From Bacteroidales bacterium (GTDB lineage Bacteria > Bacteroidota > Bacteroidia > Bacteroidales > UBA7960), in the NCBI GenBank assembly GCA_007122505.1, contig SKTQ01000041.1, positions 1-33,873 of the forward strand: a stretch of 33,873 nucleotides of DNA, written 5' to 3'. The notes under the pieces are model-generated. The model was not told the origin of the DNA and did no database searches. It was given only the letters and a program-made list of their open reading frames with translations. Positions 28,600 through 33,873 of this stretch are shown here, piece by piece; the first letter of the stretch is position 1, and each line of letters begins with the position of its first letter. The translations under genes were made by a program, and so were the position numbers.

Positions 28600-29478
28600 A
28601 TGAGAAATTTTGCTATATGGTATATACTGTTTTCTTTCGTTTTAATGGCAGGTTGTGCTGAGCCTGTTCCTGATGACAAGGCTGACAAGAAGGAAATATA
28701 CATTGTTTATACTGATTGGGCCGAATGTGTGGCATTGACTTGTCTTTCCCAATATTTACTTGAGGATTATCTTGGTTATGATGTAATTACGCGGATGACC
28801 GATATTGAGACTGTTTTTGCAGATATTGCTTCCGGTCGTGCTGATGTGTTTACAGATGTTTGGGTTCCGCACACCCATGCCAGTTTCCTGGAACAATACG
28901 CGGGTATGTTTGAAGATTTGGGGCCCAATTATTTGGAAGCACGAACCGGACTGGTAGTTCCAGGTTACATGCCGGTGGAAAGTATTCCTGGTTTGCGGGA
29001 ATTGTATACCGATCCCATTACCGGGATTGACACCAGTGCGGGTATCATGCGCAATACGATGGAGGCCATTCTTGCCTATGAGCTTGAAAACGAGCTTTTG
29101 GTACTTTCTGATCCTGAGATGACTCAAAAACTTAGGGATGCTATACTTCGAAGGGAGTCCATTGTGGTTACCGGATGGGAGCCTCACTGGATATTTCACA
29201 GGTATGACTTACGGTTTCTGGACGACCCTTTTGGTATTTATATGGAAAAAGAAGCTATCCATTCCATATCCAGAAATGGTTTTTCGGAGGATTTTCCCAG
29301 GGCGGCGCGTCTTTTTGAACGAATGGTCCTCAGTGAGCGGCAAATGAACAGCCTCCTTTATGAGGTTGAGCGCCGGCACGATTCAAGGGAAGGGGTTATT
29401 GAATGGGTAAAAAACAATGAATTTATTGTGAATCGGTGGGTGAGAGGGTTAATGCCTGAAAGAGAAAAAATCATGTAA
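28600..29478 (+). CDS. Glycine betaine-binding lipoprotein (OpuAC/ProX-like)
   Basis: Lipobox LMAGC; motifs DW.E, WVP.TH, GLVVP.Y, GID..AGIM and VVTGWEPHW. Confidence 0.88.
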   Translation: MRNFAIWYILFSFVLMAGCAEPVPDDKADKKEIYIVYTDWAECVALTCLSQYLLEDYLGYDVITRMTDIETVFADIASGRADVFTDVWVPHTHASFLEQYAGMFEDLGPNYLEARTGLVVPGYMPVESIPGLRELYTDPITGIDTSAGIMRNTMEAILAYELENELLVLSDPEMTQKLRDAILRRESIVVTGWEPHWIFHRYDLRFLDDPFGIYMEKEAIHSISRNGFSEDFPRAARLFERMVLSERQMNSLLYEVERRHDSREGVIEWVKNNEFIVNRWVRGLMPEREKIM

Positions 29479-29564
29479 GCAGATGCATTCGTCTTTCAGG
29501 ATGCATATTTTTTCAAATGATATCCACAAAAATCAATTATTTTTACGGTTTCAAACAGACTTTT

Positions 29565-30632
29565 ATGAAAAAGAAACCCTTGCTCACAGTTTTTTTCGCT
29601 GCATTGGCCCTTATGGCTGTGGCGATGTTGTTTTTCCAATGTTCAGATTCGGAGCATAAGGAGCTGACTGAACTTCAGGAACGGGCTTTAATATTTGCGG
29701 CACCTTTACCTGAACATGCTTTTAAAGATGGGATGGCGCGTTCGGAAGAATTGATCGAACTGGGGAAAATGCTGTTTTTTGAACCGCGATTATCAAAAAG
29801 CGGGCTCATCAGTTGCAACACTTGTCATAATATGGCCACTTTTGGTGTGGACCAGCTGCCTGTTTCCATTGGGCATATGTGGCAGAAGGGGCCGCGCAAT
29901 GCTCCCACCGTGCTCAACGCAGCTTTGCACCGCACGCAGTTTTGGGATGGCCGTGAACCTGATGTGGAATCCCAGGCTCTGATGCCTATCCTGGATCAGC
30001 TGGAAATGGCAGCTACCCGGGAGCATGTACTTGCTGTACTTTCCTCAATGCCTGAATATGTAGAGCAATTCGGAAAAGCATTTCCCGGAGAGGATGAGCC
30101 GCTGGTTTATGAAAATGTGGGTGTAGCCATAGGTGCATTTGAGCGTATCCTCATCACACCAACCCGGTTTTGTGCTTTTTTGGAAGGTGATGCCGGTGCA
30201 CTTACAGAAAGGGAGCAAATGGGACTGGCTGTTTTCATGCGTGTTGGATGCCAGGCCTGTCACAGCGGTCCGGCCCTGGGTGGCAACGCTTTTGCTGTTT
30301 TTGAAACCCCTGCCGAGCGAAAGTCCGGGCAAAGCGATTCGGGAAGGTTTGATGTAACGCAAAACCCGTTGGATAAAAACGCTTTTAAGATCCCCTCTCT
30401 GATCAATATTGCCAAGACCTATCCCTACCTTCACGACGGAAGCGAATGGTCGCTCAGTGAAACCGTGAATGTTGTTGCCCGCGATATGCTGGTCAGGGAA
30501 CTCAGCAATGAAGAAAATGAATTGATTCTTGCATTTCTGGATGCCCTCACCGGTGAAATTCCCGCTTATGCATTAGAGCTTCCCATATTGCCGCCATCAA
30601 CCCCGCAAACGCCCCGCCCGGAATTTGATTAA
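29565..30632 (+). CDS. Di-heme cytochrome c peroxidase (CCP/MauG family)
   Basis: Two CXXCH motifs (CNTCH, CQACH), plus LGKMLFFEPRLS, RNAPTV.N, QFWDGR, FKIPSL and PYLHDG. Confidence 0.9.
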   Translation: MKKKPLLTVFFAALALMAVAMLFFQCSDSEHKELTELQERALIFAAPLPEHAFKDGMARSEELIELGKMLFFEPRLSKSGLISCNTCHNMATFGVDQLPVSIGHMWQKGPRNAPTVLNAALHRTQFWDGREPDVESQALMPILDQLEMAATREHVLAVLSSMPEYVEQFGKAFPGEDEPLVYENVGVAIGAFERILITPTRFCAFLEGDAGALTEREQMGLAVFMRVGCQACHSGPALGGNAFAVFETPAERKSGQSDSGRFDVTQNPLDKNAFKIPSLINIAKTYPYLHDGSEWSLSETVNVVARDMLVRELSNEENELILAFLDALTGEIPAYALELPILPPSTPQTPRPEFD

Positions 30633-30782
30633 GGCTCTGTTGTGACCAATATTGGCTGTAATTGATTTAAAAAAACGGTGTACTGCTGGTTTTAATATTC
30701 CTTTTTTACGACAGTTCCAGGTTGATAATGAAATGCGATACCAGCTGATTGATCATGGATCCACTTGTTTATTTTTTTATGA

Positions 30783-31547
30783 ATGAAGAACCTTCATGAT
30801 TCCACAGGCAACATGAAAAAAGACGGAGAAAAGGAAAGACAGGTGCGTCCTTTGCAGAAAATGTTTACAGCCGTGCCCCCATCGTATGATTTGATCAACC
30901 GGCTGATCACTTTCCGTTTTGATGAGCGTTGGCGAAAGAAAGCGGCAGCTGTTATGCTTGCGGATGAACCCGGACAGGTGTTGGATCTTTGTACCGGTTC
31001 GGGCGATCTTGCCATGCATTTGCACAAGAGAGCCGCACCCGGTACGGTCATTTCTGCGCTTGACTACAGCGGGCCGATGCTTGAAGTGGCACGAAAGAAG
31101 GCCATAAAGCGCAATGCACAAAGGATCAACTTCCTTTTGGGAGATGCCGCGAACATGCCTTTTGAAAATCATTGTTTTGATGTGATTGGTATCGCATTCG
31201 CTTTTCGCAATCTTACTTTCAGGAATCCTGACAAAAATCTTTTTCTGGATGAAATATTTAGGATATTGAAACCGGGTGGTAAATTTGTGGTTGTGGAAAC
31301 CAGCCAGCCTTCGAATCCGTTCCTGAAGAACTTGTTTCACTTCTACATGCGTCGAATCACTGTTCCTTTGGGCGGCATGTTGTCGGGGCAACGCCACGCT
31401 TACCATTACCTGGCCCATTCGGCGATTCACTTTTACTCACCTGCAGAACTCATTGATATGATGAAACATGCCGGTTTTGACCTGGTGCTTCACCGGCCAT
31501 ATTTTGGCGGTATTTCTGCCATTTGGGCATTCAGAAAGCCGGGATAG
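30783..31547 (+). CDS. menG: UbiE/MenG demethylmenaquinone methyltransferase
   Basis: MF...YDLINRLITF..D..WR, VLDLCTGSGD, GDA.NMPF, FAFRN, RILKPGG and AY.YL..S. Confidence 0.85.
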   Translation: MKNLHDSTGNMKKDGEKERQVRPLQKMFTAVPPSYDLINRLITFRFDERWRKKAAAVMLADEPGQVLDLCTGSGDLAMHLHKRAAPGTVISALDYSGPMLEVARKKAIKRNAQRINFLLGDAANMPFENHCFDVIGIAFAFRNLTFRNPDKNLFLDEIFRILKPGGKFVVVETSQPSNPFLKNLFHFYMRRITVPLGGMLSGQRHAYHYLAHSAIHFYSPAELIDMMKHAGFDLVLHRPYFGGISAIWAFRKPG

Positions 31548-31600
31548 TTGCTCATGAAACAACCATGGCAGGATTTTGGCGCACATGCGGTTGATTATTC

Positions 31601-31698
31601 GAACGCGGATGCCGCGGATCGCATTCTGCGAACGCGGATTTTCACTGATTTAATCCGCGGTCATCCGCGTTGCGAAGCATCAGCGTTTATCCGCGTTC
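31601..31698. repeat. ~98-bp imperfect palindrome of iterated CGCGGAT/ATCCGCG
   Basis: Perfect 10-bp terminal inverted repeat GAACGCGGAT...ATCCGCGTTC, with three CGCGGAT on the left and three ATCCGCG on the right. It lies between convergent genes. Confidence 0.85.
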
Positions 31699-31797
31699 AA
31701 AAAAAGAAAAAAAATATCACTGAACAAACAAATATAAACACATGAAACCCTATGCCTTGATTTGAGAATCCGGTTTTGCCAGGTTCTATATTGCAGA

Positions 31798-32787
31798 TTA
31801 TTCATCAAAAATAACCGCCAGCACGGTTTCGCCAACTGCTTTCAGGGTATATTTGTCAATAACATCCATGTTGTCGCCCATGGTGTGCCATTCAGGGAAA
31901 AATCCATGACTTGTGCGGTCGTCCTGATGAATGATGTTTATGGTAGGAATATTTCGAATGGTATTCACATAATAATGATCATCGATAATCAGCCCTCCGT
32001 CCCTGTTAAGGAACATGTGGCCGTGGCCTAACCGGTGGGCGGTTTCCCATACTCTCCTAACGATTCCCGGAGCAAACATCATGGAATACCCTTCACGCTT
32101 GAAGGTGGCGTTGTAAGCGCCAACCATATCCAGCAGGATGCCAAAACGTGCATCATAATTGATGATATGGGGATTTCTTGCCCAATGCTGAGCTCCAAGC
32201 GCCCAGCTGTCACGATCCGGGAGGTCGGACATGCGGTGCCGGCCATAATCTTCAGCATCAAAAAAGATAATATCTATACCCACATTTGGTTTGACAGTGC
32301 TGATCTGGCGTGCAATTTCCATCAGCACACCCACACCGCTTGCCCCGTCATTGGCCCCGTCGATTGGTCGATAATGGTTTACCGGGTCAGGGTCGTAATC
32401 GGCATAAGGCCGGCTGTCCCAATGTGCACAAAGCAATATCCTGCGCCGCTTTTCGGGTTGAAAGACCCCGATGATGTTTTTGATATTCAGAATGGTGCCG
32501 TCGTAGGCCCTTACCCTGGTTTCTTGCAGGTAGAGGGTGTCAGCAAACCTTTGCATGTTGTTTGCCAGCCATTTGCCTGCCTCCCTGTGCGATTCCGTAT
32601 TTGGCACCCTGGGGCCAAACCCTACCTGGCGTTCCACAAAGTAATAAGCCGAATCAGCATCAAAAGTGGGTGGCTCAATACGATGATTTTCAGGTTCCTG
32701 CACACGTTCTTGCGTACTGTTTCCAACGCGGCCCTGGCACGCAAAAACGAAAAAGAGAGAAAAAATGACAATACTGAAGCGTTGCAT
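31798..32787 (-). CDS. M28 family lipoprotein, Bacteroidota glutaminyl cyclase-like
   Basis: Lipobox VFAC; motifs FGPRVPN, AHWDSRP, GANDGASG, DAEDYG, LLDMVG, DDH and WHT. A -7 box at 32804-32811 supports the start at 32787. Confidence 0.85.
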   Translation of the reverse strand: MQRFSIVIFSLFFVFACQGRVGNSTQERVQEPENHRIEPPTFDADSAYYFVERQVGFGPRVPNTESHREAGKWLANNMQRFADTLYLQETRVRAYDGTILNIKNIIGVFQPEKRRRILLCAHWDSRPYADYDPDPVNHYRPIDGANDGASGVGVLMEIARQISTVKPNVGIDIIFFDAEDYGRHRMSDLPDRDSWALGAQHWARNPHIINYDARFGILLDMVGAYNATFKREGYSMMFAPGIVRRVWETAHRLGHGHMFLNRDGGLIIDDHYYVNTIRNIPTINIIHQDDRTSHGFFPEWHTMGDNMDVIDKYTLKAVGETVLAVIFDE

Positions 32788-32945
32788 GTGTGGTGTTTTT
32801 TTGCAAATATACAAATTAGTTGTGCCACATCGGCTACCGGCATTGCGGGTAATAACTAAAATGGGTGTCTGGTTTGCAAAAACAAGGGATTCTGTTTAAA
32901 AAAAGCTATCTTTGTCAAGAAAACCTCTCGAAAGGTAAATGGCAT

Positions 32946-33641
32946 ATGGCACACAGCGGCAAAGAACAATCAGAGAGTCGTCTTTTGCGTAAATACCTTG
33001 AACTGCAAAATGAATTTGGTATTTATGAAAAGATCATCAACCGTTTGGATGCCATAATCCTTATTCTGGACTTCAATAATTCGAAGATCGTTTATGCCAA
33101 TAGTCAGTATGAAAAAGTTACCGGCTACCCTGCTGCCATGCAAGCTGAATTTGATATAGACGAACTCAGGTCCCGATATCATCCGGAAGATCGATGCTAT
33201 CCCGACGAAGCAGTAGAGTATTTGCTGGGTAATCCTGATGGCAGCTTCACAGCTTTTTACAGATTTCTTCATGCCGGGGGCCATTATTTGTGGTTGTTCT
33301 CGTCGAGCCAGGTCTTTCGCTTGTTACCGGAGGAGGATATTTTTGAGATCATCACCGTTAGTCTTGACTTTACGGGGCCTGTTAAGTATGAGAAGAGCAT
33401 GAAAAGCTTTGTTAAGGATCAATTAAGGGGGTTAAACAACACGGAAGTATCAAAGATCAGTAAAAGAGAGCTGGAAGTCTTGAAGTTGTATGCTGCCGGG
33501 TTCAATACCAGGGAAGTGGCAGCTAAATTGAACATCAGCCATCATACCGTAAATAATCACAGAAAGAATATGTTAAAAAAACTTGGGTTAAAAAATCTGG
33601 CAGCCCTGGTGAATTTTGCGGTTGAAATTGGAATAGATTGA
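32946..33641 (+). CDS. PAS domain plus LuxR HTH transcriptional regulator
   Basis: PAS motifs (YAN..YEKVTGY, HPED, YRF...G.Y.W) and a C-terminal LuxR HTH (ISKRELEVL...ISHHTVNNHRKNMLKKL). A -7 box lies at 32907-32914. Confidence 0.9.
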   Translation: MAHSGKEQSESRLLRKYLELQNEFGIYEKIINRLDAIILILDFNNSKIVYANSQYEKVTGYPAAMQAEFDIDELRSRYHPEDRCYPDEAVEYLLGNPDGSFTAFYRFLHAGGHYLWLFSSSQVFRLLPEEDIFEIITVSLDFTGPVKYEKSMKSFVKDQLRGLNNTEVSKISKRELEVLKLYAAGFNTREVAAKLNISHHTVNNHRKNMLKKLGLKNLAALVNFAVEIGID

Positions 33642-33714
33642 TTTACAGTGGTTTTTTTGTATATATATTTATTTTTTGCCTTTTCTATAACCGTTTACGA
33701 ATCAAAAAAAACCG

Positions 33715-33722
33715 TATATTTG
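33715..33722 (+). promoter_or_regulatory. -7 promoter box (TATATTTG) upstream of the M-box leader
   Basis: TAnnTTTG about 40 bp before the riboswitch. Confidence 0.55.
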
Positions 33723-33759
33723 CAATTGAATTTTCAGCATTGTTTCACAACAGTGGTGT

Positions 33760-33873
33760 TGCCTGTTAGGTGAGGCTACTGGATGAACACAGGCTACTGC
33801 CCAAAAATGTCTACAGACGCCAATGGGTAGAACAGGCTTTGTCGGATTAAGGCACTGCTTAAGGTAGCTTCCC
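33760..33873 (+). ncRNA. M-box (ykoK) Mg2+-sensing riboswitch, 3'-truncated by the window edge
   Basis: Conserved blocks GTTAGGTGAGGCT, CTGCCCAAAAATGTC..AGACGCCAATGGGT.AACAG and TAAGG..TTAA..AGCT follow the order of the Bacillus subtilis mgtE leader. Confidence 0.9.

Noticed and set aside
29483-29514. Terminator after the betaine-binding gene (ATGCATTC...GGATGCAT plus T-run)
   Set aside because: The stem is short and AT-rich. It is plausible but too weak to call.
32035-32859. 274-aa plus-strand ORF and other long antisense ORFs (20498-21148, 30777-31430, 18438-18992, 7067-7618)
   Set aside because: These are shadow frames opposite well-supported genes and have no recognisable motifs.

Overview
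Chromosomal window from a Bacteroidota genome, inferred from many TAnnTTTG -7 promoter boxes, a Bacteroidota-type glutaminyl-cyclase-like lipoprotein, and DUF3857 and START-like genes. It holds about 24 CDS, mostly housekeeping, transport and envelope genes, plus an elongator tRNA-Met, two back-to-back type II toxin-antitoxin pairs and a truncated M-box (ykoK) Mg2+ riboswitch at the right edge. The most notable features are: (1) a four-helix-bundle (IVS/Avd-like) gene with its own promoter, enclosed by two mutually inverted 8-bp tandem-repeat arms that run to the stop codons of the convergent neighbours; (2) three intergenic mosaics at about 9.4-10.1, 21.7-22.0 and 24.2-24.7 kb, built from shared modules (REP-like hairpin, CTTTGCG/CGCAAAG palindrome, the same 8-mer arrays, 7- and 9-mer arrays), including a ~216-bp near-identical direct repeat around a ComEA-like HhH/beta-barrel gene; (3) a porin, metallophosphoesterase and Cache-PAS-CBS-DUF294 nucleotidyltransferase operon, a candidate nucleotidylation-based sensing system; (4) a BCCT-USP-OpuAC-like operon with no ABC permease or ATPase. 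All family calls come from motifs read by eye; no searches were run.
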